Made by a program: the position numbers and the translations under genes. The notes below the pieces were generated by a model, which saw nothing but the letters and a program-made list of their open reading frames with translations, was not told where the DNA came from and made no database searches. A stretch of 64,000 nucleotides of DNA from the human T2T-CHM13v2.0 reference genome, Homo sapiens, in NCBI RefSeq assembly GCF_009914755.1, contig NC_060934.1, one strand, 5' to 3'. The first letter of the stretch is position 1; every line of letters starts with the position of its first letter. Positions 1-14,215 of the stretch are shown here, one piece after another.

Positions 1-603
1 GAGTGTGAACTAGTTCAAGTATTGTGGAAGACAGTGTGGTGATTCCTCAAGGATCTAGAATTAGAAATACCATTTGACCCAGTGATCCTGTTACTGGGTA
101 TATACCCAAAGGATTATAAATGATGCTACTATAAAGACACATGTGCACGTATGTTTAATGTGGCACTATTCACAATAGGAAAGACTTGGAACCAAGCCAA
201 ATGTCCATCAATGATAGACTGGATTAAGAAAATGTGGCACATATACACCATGGAATACTATGCAGCCATAAAAAAGGATGAGTTCATGTCGTTTGTAGGG
301 ACATGGATGAAGCTGGAAACCATTCTGAGCAAACTATCGCAAGGACAGAAAACCAAACACTGCATGTTCTCACTCATAAGTGGAACTTGAACAATGAGAA
401 CACTTGGACACAGGGCAGGGAACGGCACACACTGGGGCCTGTCGTGGGGTCAGGGGATGGGGGAGGGACAGCATTAGGAGAAATACCTAATGTAAATGAT
501 GAGTTAATGGGTGTAGCAAACCAACATGGCACATGTATACATATGTAACAAACCTGCATGTTGTGCACATGTACCCTAGAACTTAAAGTATAATAAAAAA
601 AAG
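1..603 (+). mobile_element. L1PA (about L1PA5/6) 3' end: ORF2 C-terminus, 3'UTR and poly(A); runs off the window start
   Basis: ORF2 tail (...WIKKMWHIYTMEYYAAIKKDEFMSF...), G-rich 3'UTR, and the end gtaccctagaacttaaagtataataaaaaa. Confidence 0.93.
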
Positions 604-1156
604 AAAATTTCCTGAAAGCTTATACACTAAAATGTACCTAATCATTATATGTAAATGGTGAGATTAGAAATAATTATTTTAATCTTTATAGAGCATTTTC
701 AATTACTTTACAATAAACATGATTTCTTATGTAACCAGAAATGTGTATATATGTGTGTGTATGTGTGTATGTGCAGAGAAAGAGAAAGAAATATTTATAT
801 TGAAAAATAGTTAATTACTTAGAGAAAGACATGTGAACCAGAAGCAATAGTTTGCATCACTGTGCAACTTGGAAAAGCCTTATATGGATTAGCATGGCGT
901 CCTCATTCAGGCAGGAAGCTTTTATAGCCCGGTGATAACAGTAGGGAAGAAATCAGGCCTGTGGCTTGGGGATGAGATAAGAGGTTATTAATCTCTTTGG
1001 AGCTAAGTTCCAATTAATTGTGCTTTAACAATCCATAGTAACCTGTTATGTTCACTCTCCCTCTCCTCCCCAGTTGCTGCTGGGTGTGAAAGTAGGTGGT
1101 GAAGAGCTTGGAGAAGAAGGGAGAGAACCAGGTATAAACAAGACTGCCATGTTAGG

Positions 1157-2472
<1,316 letters not shown>

Positions 2473-2509
2473 GTGGTAGGAAAGAAAAAATGGAACAGTG
2501 TGGTGAGCT

Positions 2510-2830
2510 AAATTCTAAGTCCCAGCAGAAGGTGGGATGAAGTTTGGCATGCAGGGCATACAGTAAGGATCAACACTTGTAGAAGGAAAGGGAAGGATGC
2601 AGGATTAGGCAGAGAGGTCGAACTGCAATGCAGGCCTAACAAATTCTCAGTCAATCCCAAATGAAATGGTTCAGCCCTGATGCACGTCCTCAATCAGCCA
2701 TTGGCGGTGGGTGCCCCCTCTACGCCCAGGGGTCTGCTCTTGGGAGACGCAGCTTTCTGCAGGTGAGGGGGACCTAAGAACTGACAGCTGCAGGCTCTGC
2801 TGACTGTACACCCTGCAGCTAAGGCCAAAT
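2510..2830. mobile_element. Probable old ERVL LTR fragment (LTR33-like)
   Basis: gcaggattaggcagagaggtcgaactgcaatgcagg resembles the recalled LTR33 consensus. Confidence 0.45.
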
Positions 2831-3243
2831 GAGTGGCACATCTCTGTGTTCACCGCAGTCCCATTCTTGTATGCCACACGAATGCTCTATGTAATTCTCT
2901 GTCAAAGGGGTATAAAAAGTGGTCCTTCTCTATCCAGTGATTTAAGAAACCAGACATGCTGCAGCAGATCTGACGCTAGATTAATAATTATATCAGAACT
3001 TGGAGTACTAAACAGTCACACCCAACGACAGAGAGAATGGTAACATAAACTGCCTGGCATTGATTAACTGCAACAGTCAAACTAGCTTTAATTCAGTGCA
3101 AACAACAACAAAAACCTTATGATGTTTCTTAACATTTTAAAAATTGCTAGTCTAATACTAAAAAGTTTATTATTTTCTCCTAACCACTAGGACTTCAATT
3201 TAAGTGAATAATGATTTATTGGATTTACCCTCATTATAAAATT

Positions 3244-3583
3244 CAGACATGTACCACATAATGACATTTTGATCAACAATAGACTACATAGACAATGGTG
3301 ACTTCATAAGATTATAATATCATATTTTTACTGTACCTTTTCTATGTTTATATACACAAGCACTTACCATTGTGTTACAATTGTCTACAGTATTCAGTAT
3401 ACAGTAACATGCTGTACCGGTTTGTAGCTTAGGAGCAATAGGTTATACGACATAGCCTAGGTGTGCAGTACGCGCTACTTTCTAGGCTTGTGTGAGTACA
3501 CTCTATGATGTTCACATGACAATGAAATTGCTTAATGATATATTTCTCAGAACACGTCCCCGTCATTAAGCAACACATGACTG
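3244..3583 (+). mobile_element. Tigger3a (MER7A) TcMar-Tigger MITE
   Basis: Terminal inverted repeats cagacatg.../...catgactg followed by TA; internal gtttgtagcttaggagcaatagg motif; about 340 bp. Confidence 0.8.
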
Positions 3584-3603
3584 TAGTCTAGTTATCCTTA
3601 CCC

Positions 3604-3778
3604 GAAGGCTTCTCAGTGGAAGCACTATTGACATTTTGGGCCAGGTAATTATTTGTTGTGGGGGGCTTTCTTGCACACTGTAGGATGGTTAGCAGCATCC
3701 CTGGCTTCTACCCAAAATGTCTCCAAACATTGCTAAATGCACCCTGGAGACCAAAATCAGTCTGCCCGAGAACCACTG
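3604..3778. mobile_element. MER20 (hAT-Charlie), internally deleted
   Basis: gcactattgacattttgggccagg...agcagcatccctggc...gagaaccactg. Confidence 0.75.
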
Positions 3779-3877
3779 ACCTACTCAATTGCCAAGTTCT
3801 ACTTATTCTCTCTCTCTCTCTCTTTAACCTTTTTACTTTTATTGCCTCCCTCCCTCGCTCCCTCCCTTCCTTCATTT

Positions 3878-4135
3878 GTCTCAGCTCTGTTGCCCAGGCT
3901 GGAGTGCAGTGTGTGTGCAGTGGTGTGATCACTGCAGCCTTGACCTCCCGGGCTCAAGCGATTCGCCTACCCCCTACCTCAGCCTCTCCAATAGCTGGAA
4001 CCACAGGAGTGCACCATCATGTCCAGCTAGAGACAAGGTCTTCCTATGTTACCCAGGCTGGTCTCCAACTCCTGGGCACAAGTAATCCTCTCGTCTCAGC
4101 CTCCCAAAGTGCTGGGATTATAGGCATAAGTCACT
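3878..4135 (-). mobile_element. AluJ, diverged, with its tail decayed to a CT-rich tract (3805-3877)
   Basis: ctctgttgcccaggctggagtgcagt...cctcccaaagtgctgggattataggc. Confidence 0.85.
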
Positions 4136-4169
4136 ATCTCATATATATCCCTCAAATTCCTCAACATAT

Positions 4170-4790
4170 TAATATCTCTAACCCCCTTACCATTCATCAT
4201 TCACACCAGCACCTTTCTCTGGTACTGCAGCCAAAACCCTCCTAATCTTCCTGAATTCACACCAGGCTACCTTCAGTACATTCTACACCCAATGTTCTAG
4301 AACACCAATCAGATCCTAATGCTTCATACTTTTTAACCTGACTTAGGAGACTGCATGAGCTAGCCCTTCTTAGTGTGCCTCCTTTCTGCGCATCTGTTGG
4401 GCTCTTCACTTCAGCAATACTGAACTTCTGCTTGCCTCTTTTAACACATCACCCATGATTTTTTTTTTAATATCTTTGAGCCTTCACTTTTTTTTTTCTT
4501 TTCTAGCATGCTCTCCCAACCTCCCACATTCTTTAGTCTCAAGATAACCTTCCTCCAGGAAGGTTTCCCTGACCACTCAAGTCTCTCTTGATTCCACTCT
4601 TACGTGTTTCAACTACATGCTGGACATTTATCACACTGTGTGGCAATTTCCTTTGCATTTGTTTATATTCTTCACTAGACTGTTACCCTGTGACAGAAAA
4701 GACCATGTCTGTCTTATCTCACACTGAATCCCAAATATCTAGTATAGTACCTGTCATATACTTGGTGTTCATAAAACACTTTTCAAGGGA
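4170..4790 (+). mobile_element. L2 3' end, highly diverged
   Basis: ctagactgt...accatgtctgtctt...cccaaatatctagtatagtacctg resembles the L2 3' terminus. Confidence 0.55.
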
Positions 4791-6355
4791 AGCAAGCCAG
4801 GAAGGAAGGAAAGGAGGAAGGATTAAAGTTGGTAGAGGAAGTGACTAGAAGACAAGGAAGTGAAAATGATTGAGTAGCAACTTCAAGAACTATGAATGAG
4901 AAAGGGAAGAAGGAGGAAGACTGGATGGTAGCTATATAGGAACATGTGGTTAGGTGAGGTAAAGTAGGGATGTGAAGAAAATGAGTGTTACAAGCTGAGA
5001 AAACAAATCCACAAGAGGGAGATGCAGAAGCTGGAGATGTAAGAGGATCACATGATGTCTAAGAGAAAAGGGCCCCCAGATGATGATATTTTCAAATTAT
5101 AAATAATAATCTCTTTTTTTCACTAAATTGTTTTGGGGAACTTAGTAGTGTAACCATGTCTGTCCCTTGTCACTTTTTTTAAAGGTTACTTTGATTTCTG
5201 CTTGCTGGTTTTCTTAGATGACTTAATCAGTCATATGAATCAAACTTTAGATATACAGAAATCAAAATTAATACCTGAAATTCTTGTCTAAACATGTAAG
5301 CAGGCTTAACAAAGGCAAACTTTCTAATAACCACATACAGGCTTCTGAATGATTGTGACTTTCATGAAATATGGGAAGAATATTTTATCACTTATCTGTT
5401 CTCAAAGGGGAAAAGCACCACAGAACTTTTTGAGTAGTAGTTTCATGATGTATGCCTCTGAACACAGGCATGATATTAAATAAATGAAATTTTATTGGGA
5501 GCATGTGTGCATCTCACTCCAGAAATTATTTTTATTATTTTGGTTGTTCTTTGGAATATTTTACAGTGAAGCAGGGTCCTGATCCCTGGTTCTCACCCTA
5601 GGTAACTGAGGTTTTTGATAAAGCTTCTTAATCCCTCAGGGCCTCAGTTTCTTTATCTCTAAAATTAGCATTTTGGTAAACATGACTGCATCAGTCAGAA
5701 TGGGCTGGATTATGCTGCAGTAGCAAACAACTCCTAACAACTTTCAGTGTTCATAGGCTCTGTTCATAAGAATGTGGAAACAAAGTATCACCAAGTGTCA
5801 TCTGTGACGAAATGACATTCTCAAAAATACCTTCTCTCAGAGGCCAGTATGACTGCTGTCTCAATCTTGCCACTCTGCTGTAAAATTTTTCTCTGTCTCC
5901 TATACAGTGAGTGCTGCCAACATCTGGCATACTAGAATTGATCTACTGGGCACTGCAGCCTAGTGGCTAAAAGTCCTGCCACTTACTAACCATGGGACCT
6001 TGGACATGTTCTTCAACTGCTGTGTGTTATGAGGATTAAATGATTTAATCCATAAAAAATGCTTGAAGAATGCCAACATGCACAATGTAAGTGCTCAGTT
6101 AAAGTTAGCAATTATTATAAGAATTCAACTATTGTTAAGAGAGTTCAAAAGAACTCTACAATCCCATAGGATTCTAGACATATATTGCACCTAAGTTAAT
6201 TTGGACCCAGTAGACTTAGAGAAAAATAGGTCTCAGACCTGGAGGGGGACAGGGTTTTGGACATTTAAATCAAACATTGCTTTTTAAGTATCAACCCAAC
6301 TCAAGTGGCCAATTTATGAACAGAATAGCCTGCAATTACACATGAAGTATGATTC

Positions 6356-7438
<1,083 letters not shown>

Positions 7439-9221
7439 CATGAAGTGTGATTCTTTTTTTTATAATCTTTATTGAATATTTTTATGTACAACCAGTTACA
7501 TTTTTTTTTGTAGGCAGAGAACACATGTACTTAATTTTACACAGAACACTGAATTAGCCAGAATTTTCTGAACTAAGCACCCTTTATTCCATCCTGCTTT
7601 AGCTACTATTTCTTTTTGGAACAAAGATCTCTCCCCCTGTGACTTTTTCAAAAATATTCAGACTGTAATGCTATTGTAATTTGTTTAGTGGAAACTGAGA
7701 GCAGCAGTATAAACATATTTACCCCAAGTCTGATTGTGATTGTGGTGTTCTGAGTTATCCTAAAGATGGAGAAGGGCCTGGAAAACTCTGTAGAACATCC
7801 ATTGTGTCCCTGAGGATCAATAATGAAAGATGTTAGCATGTGTGGATGTCCTGGGTTCTGCCTGGGCGGTTTGTTTATTTATTTGTAGATAGGAGCATAA
7901 CATAGATGTTCTTTTTCAGACAGAGGGATTGGCAAATTTTTTCTTCTTTAAAGAACCAGCATCCATTTACTGTTGATAAAGATAAAATTGTTTATAGTGC
8001 TGCCAAATCTAAGTAGCTGTTATGTAGAATCTCCTCCAGTATCATCGCCAATTGAATCCAATATGCGTTAGCCCATATACCTCTGGCCAAACGAGGCAGG
8101 GGTTTTCAGTCAAACATGTTAGACTGGTCAAGTGATAACACAAAATTGGGCATCTATGAGTTTCATGCTCTTCATGGTTCTTCCACAGACAGAAGTATGA
8201 GAATTTGACCTTTGGGTCTATTTACCTGTCTGAAAAATAACAGGATTAGGCACTTTGGAGCTATCTACTTACTTCTTTTTTGGTGTACAGAGGACTTAAG
8301 AGTTAAGCTCCCTTAGTTATCCAATTGAAAGATTTGGCATAAGCGCACCAACTATAATTAAGGAAATGACTCAAGTGACAGGCATTCTACCACCGGAAGG
8401 TATTTCTGGAGTGAACTGATTTTGCCTTTCGATTCTTCATCATCAAATTCATACTTAGATACAGCTTCACATTAAGCAGATAGAATAAATTGCCTTTACT
8501 GTTCACATACTGAAGAGCTTTACTTAATTACGATTTGGTTGGGAACAAGGTGGAAAGAGGCATTATTAGTGATTACTCCTGACACTTTTGAACAGTTTTT
8601 AAGTTCTTAAAATACATCCAATCATGAATTTCAAAGCATAGAAAGAATCATGGGGTGATGGTAAATCAGGATGGATTATCCCCTTCCTATAAATTGCAAT
8701 GTGGGGTGAGTTAACAAACCACTTTAGGCTCCTGAGTTAACTTTTGATCTTACTGGAAAAAAATTGTGCAAGTAAGATGTGTTTAACTTTTTCCTATTTG
8801 TCTGTGGTATGTCGGAGGAGGGGCAAGCCTAAGAAGTTTACAGTAAAGTAAAACACTGTGAAAAGTAAGGAGAAAAGTTGAAGAGCACTCAGGAATACCT
8901 GTTCCTCTGCAATTTTTCCTATGGAAGAATTTTGCACTAAGATATACATTTTATGAGAAGAAAAGATAATTAATTCCTTGGTTCCTAGGTTTCTTAGTCT
9001 GAAGTGTGATTCTTAAGAGGGCCTGTGTAAGAGTAATTTGGAGACATTTATTCCCTTGATACTATGACTTCGCATCGCTGATATGACAGCTCGCTGGATA
9101 TTAAGAAGTTGCCCATGTTAAGACAATGACTCCCATAACCAAGGCAGTTTTTTTAAAAAAAAAAACCCATGTCTTATAATACACAATTGTTCTAAAGGAT
9201 AAGCTGCAGAGTTTGCATGTT

Positions 9222-9354
9222 TGTGTGTGTATGTGTATGTTTGTGTGTGTGTAGTGTGTATGCAGGGGCAGGTAGAAGTGTGGTGTGTGTATGAGAATAG
9301 TTTAGGAAGCTATTTAGTTATGTATTGGAAAGGGCATAGCGGTTTCTGTGTTTA

Positions 9355-9386
<32 letters not shown>

Positions 9387-9392
9387 TGTGTG
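9222..9392. repeat. (TG)n microsatellite / TG-rich low-complexity region
   Basis: Nearly pure (TG)n at 9355-9392 and degenerate TG at 9222-9290. Confidence 0.9.
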
Positions 9393-9500
9393 TTTCAAGA
9401 GTCAATGGATTATGAATGTATGCACAGTGACAAACAAACAAACAAACAAAAAAACTAGAATTCTAGTCCAGCTCTGTCCTACTAGACAAAAAGAAATGTA

Positions 9501-9800
<300 letters not shown>

Positions 9801-10271
9801 ATGTAGACAAGTCAATCTTTCTGAGCATCAGTGTCCTAATCTATTAAATAGAGGGTGAATAAATCACAAGGCTCACATGAGGCAATGTGATTGGAAGACT
9901 TATCTTAGTATCTCATCTAAAAGCACTATGGGCAATTCCACAGAAGTGCAACTTCATCATGAAGACTCAACTACCCCTAAGATTCCAGCATGATCCCTCC
10001 TTCTAAAGCATTGTGCCCACTTCCAGAACTCTTTCATCATGGGAATGATGGAAGCTTCTATATGAAGGACCAAGGATAGGGATTCCTTTTAACTCCATGA
10101 CTTCCTCAAACCCAGAACACAAGACTCATAATATAGATGAGTCTTACAGACTCATATTATAGACTCATAATCTAGACTTCTTAATGTCCAGGGAGCTGTC
10201 ATATCAGTGATGAGAAGTCACAATGCCAAAGGGATAATTGTCTCCCAATTCCTCTTACAGAGGTCTTCTTA

Positions 10272-10710
<439 letters not shown>

Positions 10711-11914
10711 TCACTCAGCATCAATTATATTATTTTGAACAAATCTGTAGTTTATTATGATACACAATCAACCAACCGTTACTGTAGCAAAGATAAACAT
10801 CTTATTCTATCCTGCACTGTATCTTTGTTATGGGAGGGACACTGATGCCTGTATTGATGATGCCAACAAATAATTAGTCCAAATTACTTTCTTGTAATGG
10901 TCTGCTGCCAGAGGAGAGAAATAAAGATTTCTATTTGAATGAAAGCACCTGTAGAGGAAAGAGCTCACATATGTAGATTTCGAATGCATATTTACTCCAA
11001 ATATAAATGAGATGGATGAGTCTTAATGTACGTGCATCTAACTTAGGCATATTCAACACTGACTTTGGAGAAAAGTAAGAGGGAGAAGAGAGCAGGCAAG
11101 AATGAGAGAATCCCTGTATCTATGTTTGTGCTCTCCTTCAACCTAGAAGTCATCACCACAACAGCCAAAATGCAAAATAAAGCAAAATAATTTAAATTCT
11201 AGGTTTTAAGCTTCCAGGGGCTTAATGAGCCCTAGGGAGCCAAGAAATTTTCCAGGATTATTTTGGCCTTGCATGTTTTATCCTTTCTGGGATGAATATA
11301 GACCCTAACCTTGTGTAAGATTAACTCTGTGTGATACATTCACACATCCAATGTAAACTTTATAATCATACTCTTGTCACCTGGTACCCCTTTTCCTCAT
11401 CCCTAGACTTAAAGCCACATCACACCATTATGACTATGATCTCTTGCCATCAGTTTGCCCATAGTGTTTTTCTTGATTTATGAATTATAGATCACACATC
11501 CTATTAGCTTTGTAAAACTTTAATGAATAAGATCTATCTTAATTTAGATTTATCATTAAGATGACAGTTAAAAATTCTGGAGAAACACACTTGTAGAAAT
11601 GATCTTACCCTCCCCTGGAGCTATGCCAGCTTAAGCTAACTTACCTTCTCAGGTATGCATTTACCAATCCTTTAAAATCCCCAGAAAAGTGATTTCATTA
11701 TGAAAATACTGTAGGACATTTCCCATGCTATTTCACATGTGATGAGTTTTAAGTATTTCATATTACTGAAGAGTGGAAGATGAAGAGTGAAAAGAAATAG
11801 ATGTTACATCCTTCCACATCTTCTGGAGCTGCTTATGAAAATGAATGGCTGGAATAGTCACAGCATTGGCCTACAAATGTCCTAAGACTCCAGGTTTAAA
11901 TATCAGATATGATA

Positions 11915-12112
11915 GAAAAGATCACTATCTGGGACTCATAAGTGTCAGAGAATCACATACTTTGCAAAGGAAACGATACCTGAGCAGTCAACGGAAATAT
12001 ACACACCCCACATGAAAAGACCACTATCTGGGACTCATAAGTGTCAGAGAATCACATACTTTGCAAAGAAAATGATACCTGAAGAGTCAACGGAAATACA
12101 CACACACCACAT
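11915..12112. repeat. Tandem duplication, 2 x 99 bp
   Basis: Units 11915-12013 and 12014-12112 align without gaps, about 7 mismatches. Confidence 0.95.
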
Positions 12113-12221
12113 GAACACACACATATCTTCACAATGATGGGTTCAGAAAGAGAATGAAGCAGATTTAAAAGAAAAGACAGGCCAGGTCATCTTAATAAGT
12201 TAAGAAGAAAATCCTACCTAC

Positions 12222-12421
12222 CTTGTGACTGCCCGTGTGCAGATGGTAACAAGGAAACAGCCAGCCACAATCATCCAGCCCCAGCCTCCATCTGGAGGGG
12301 AGGTAGACCGAGCTCTATTTACTTTTGCCATGGTTTTTCTTTTTTCTTCTTTTCCAGGTTGCTCCAACAGCCAAGTTATGATCTTGGAAGAGTTTGCTGT
12401 CCAGTGACTTCCTGATGGCAT
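12222..12421 (-). CDS. SLC16A12: First coding exon portion of monocarboxylate transporter 12 (MCT12, creatine transporter), codons 1-67 (last codon split, phase 2)
   Basis: Translation [67 protein letters not shown] contains the SLC16 N-terminal motif PPDGGWGW followed by TM1 and matches the SLC16A12 N-terminus as I recall it. It ends at the donor ACAAG|GTAGGT (GT at 12221-12220); the TAG 'stop' in the ORF track is intronic. Confidence 0.95.
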
Positions 12422-12467
12422 TCAAGGTTGGCATAGAACGCTACCTGGCCCATGGGTTACTCGCCAT
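12422..12467 (-). other. SLC16A12: 5'UTR part of the same SLC16A12 exon (whole exon 12222-12467, 246 nt)
   Basis: Minus-strand acceptor TTTTTGGTTTTAG|ATGGCG with AG at 12469-12468, 46 nt upstream of Met1. Confidence 0.85.
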
Positions 12468-12649
12468 CTAAAACCAAAAATCAGGACATATTTATATCTT
12501 ATTGCTATGTCCAAAGGTTGATTTTTCTTCACTTGGTAAGACATGATTATTACTTTCCTATTAAATATGAGTATTTGTAACTATGAATACTAGACTGGGG
12601 CAGACTATTTGTTGTCCTTGGTACATGCTTTCTTTTTTAAAAATAAAAT

Positions 12650-13080
12650 AGAACCTCTCAAATTGTAGTCAAATGCATGTCTACTCTATTTGATACCATT
12701 TTTCCCTAGCCTCTCTTGAAGGTAGTTGTGGCAATAAAGTGTAGTCTCCATGAAAGGGATGTGAGCAGAAGTCATGTGTGCCACTTCTGGTTCATCAACT
12801 CAAAGGCAAAGGTACTTTTTGAGGACTTCCAGCACCCTCTTCCAACAGACTGGAAGATGGATGTGGATATGAAACGACTTCAACCACACAGACCAGGACA
12901 TCAGTCTAGGGGCTGGCAGAGGTACGAGACAGAAGCAGCCTGGGTCCCCAGATGACTCTGGGGAGACCTGCCCTCCTACTCTGGACTCTACACATCTCTA
13001 CACTGTTACACAAAAGATAAATAAGCTTCCATTTTATTTGTGTCTCTGTATATAAGCTGTTACAACAGCTTATAACATAG
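12650..13080 (+). mobile_element. Old MaLR LTR (MLT1J/K-like)
   Basis: gatgtgagcagaagtcatgtgtgccacttctgg and gaagcagcctgggtccc motifs. Confidence 0.5.
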
Positions 13081-13699
13081 ACTAATTATTATACGGAATG
13101 AGTCTGACAGCAACTTCTTGGCATTTTTTAAAATGCTGTAATTTTTTAAGTGTGTAATTGAAGTAAGAATAGAATGAGAAATAAATGAGACAAAGTAGAG
13201 AGCCCAGAAGCTAGTATATAATATTTAATACAATCCAAATAAGGTAAAAAAAAGATCAGTGAAGAAAAAAAGTATTATTCACCACATTCTGTTCAACTCT
13301 CCATTTAGCTGTTGACCTTCCAGATAAATCAATAAATGTAAAAAAATAAAGAAGTAGTTAAAAACCTAAGTGAAAATATAGGCAAATATTTATCTGTTCT
13401 CTAGATAGGAAAACTCCCTGAGGTGTAAACTAATAAAACAAACCAAGATAAAAAAAATTTCGTTAATTTGTCTAAATTAAAATTTAACATTTCTGTATTA
13501 AAACATGTGATTAATAAACAAAACCAAAAGGTAAGCCACAGGCTTGGGGAAAAAAACATTAGCAATACATACTTCAAAGAAGTAATATCTGCATTCATTC
13601 ATTCATTCAACTCTAAATATTTATTGAATCCCTAACATGTGTCAGGCACCGTTTTAGGGCACTAAGGATTCAGTAGTGGTCACAATACACAAAGCTCCC

Positions 13700-14215
13700 T
13701 GTGGTGGGCAGGCTCTAAGGTACCCCTATGGTCCTGACTCTGGTTGTTCATATCTTTATGTAATCCCTTCCCTTGAGCGTGGGAGGGACCTGTGACTTGC
13801 TTCTACCCAACAGAATATGGCACCTGTGATGGAACCTGACTCTCGTAATTATGTCACGTTATATATGACTCAGGCCTGCTAGCCACTCTCACTCTCCCAC
13901 TGTCCTTGAAGAAGCAAACTGCCATGCTGCACACCTGGAGAAAGCCATTTGGCAGGGAACCATGGGCAGCCTGTAGATGCCAAGGGCAGCCTCCAACAGA
14001 CAGCAAGAAACATGAAGATCTCAGGGTCTTTTGTTTTTTGCTTTTTCGCAAACATCCCAAGTGAGCCTGGAAGCAGATTTTCCCCTAAATTGAGCCTCCA
14101 GTTAAGGACAGTCTCACTGACACCCTGACTGCAGCTTTGTGATACCCTTAGCCAAGGACCCAGCTAAGCTATTTCTGGATTCTGGCCCCACAGAAACTGT
14201 GAGATAAGGTGCTTC
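13700..14215 (+). mobile_element. MaLR LTR (MLT1E/F-like)
   Basis: Begins tgtggtgggcaggctctaag; contains aatcccttcccttgagcgtggg...acctgtgacttgcttcta and cccacagaaactgtgagataa. Confidence 0.7.

Noticed and set aside
3658-4245. 195-aa ORF
   Set aside because: Chance read-through across MER20, a CT tract and an antisense AluJ; non-ATG start and no domain.
12218-12421. Standalone 67-aa protein as given in the ORF track
   Set aside because: The TAG lies within the splice donor; the frame continues in a downstream exon that I could not find in this window.
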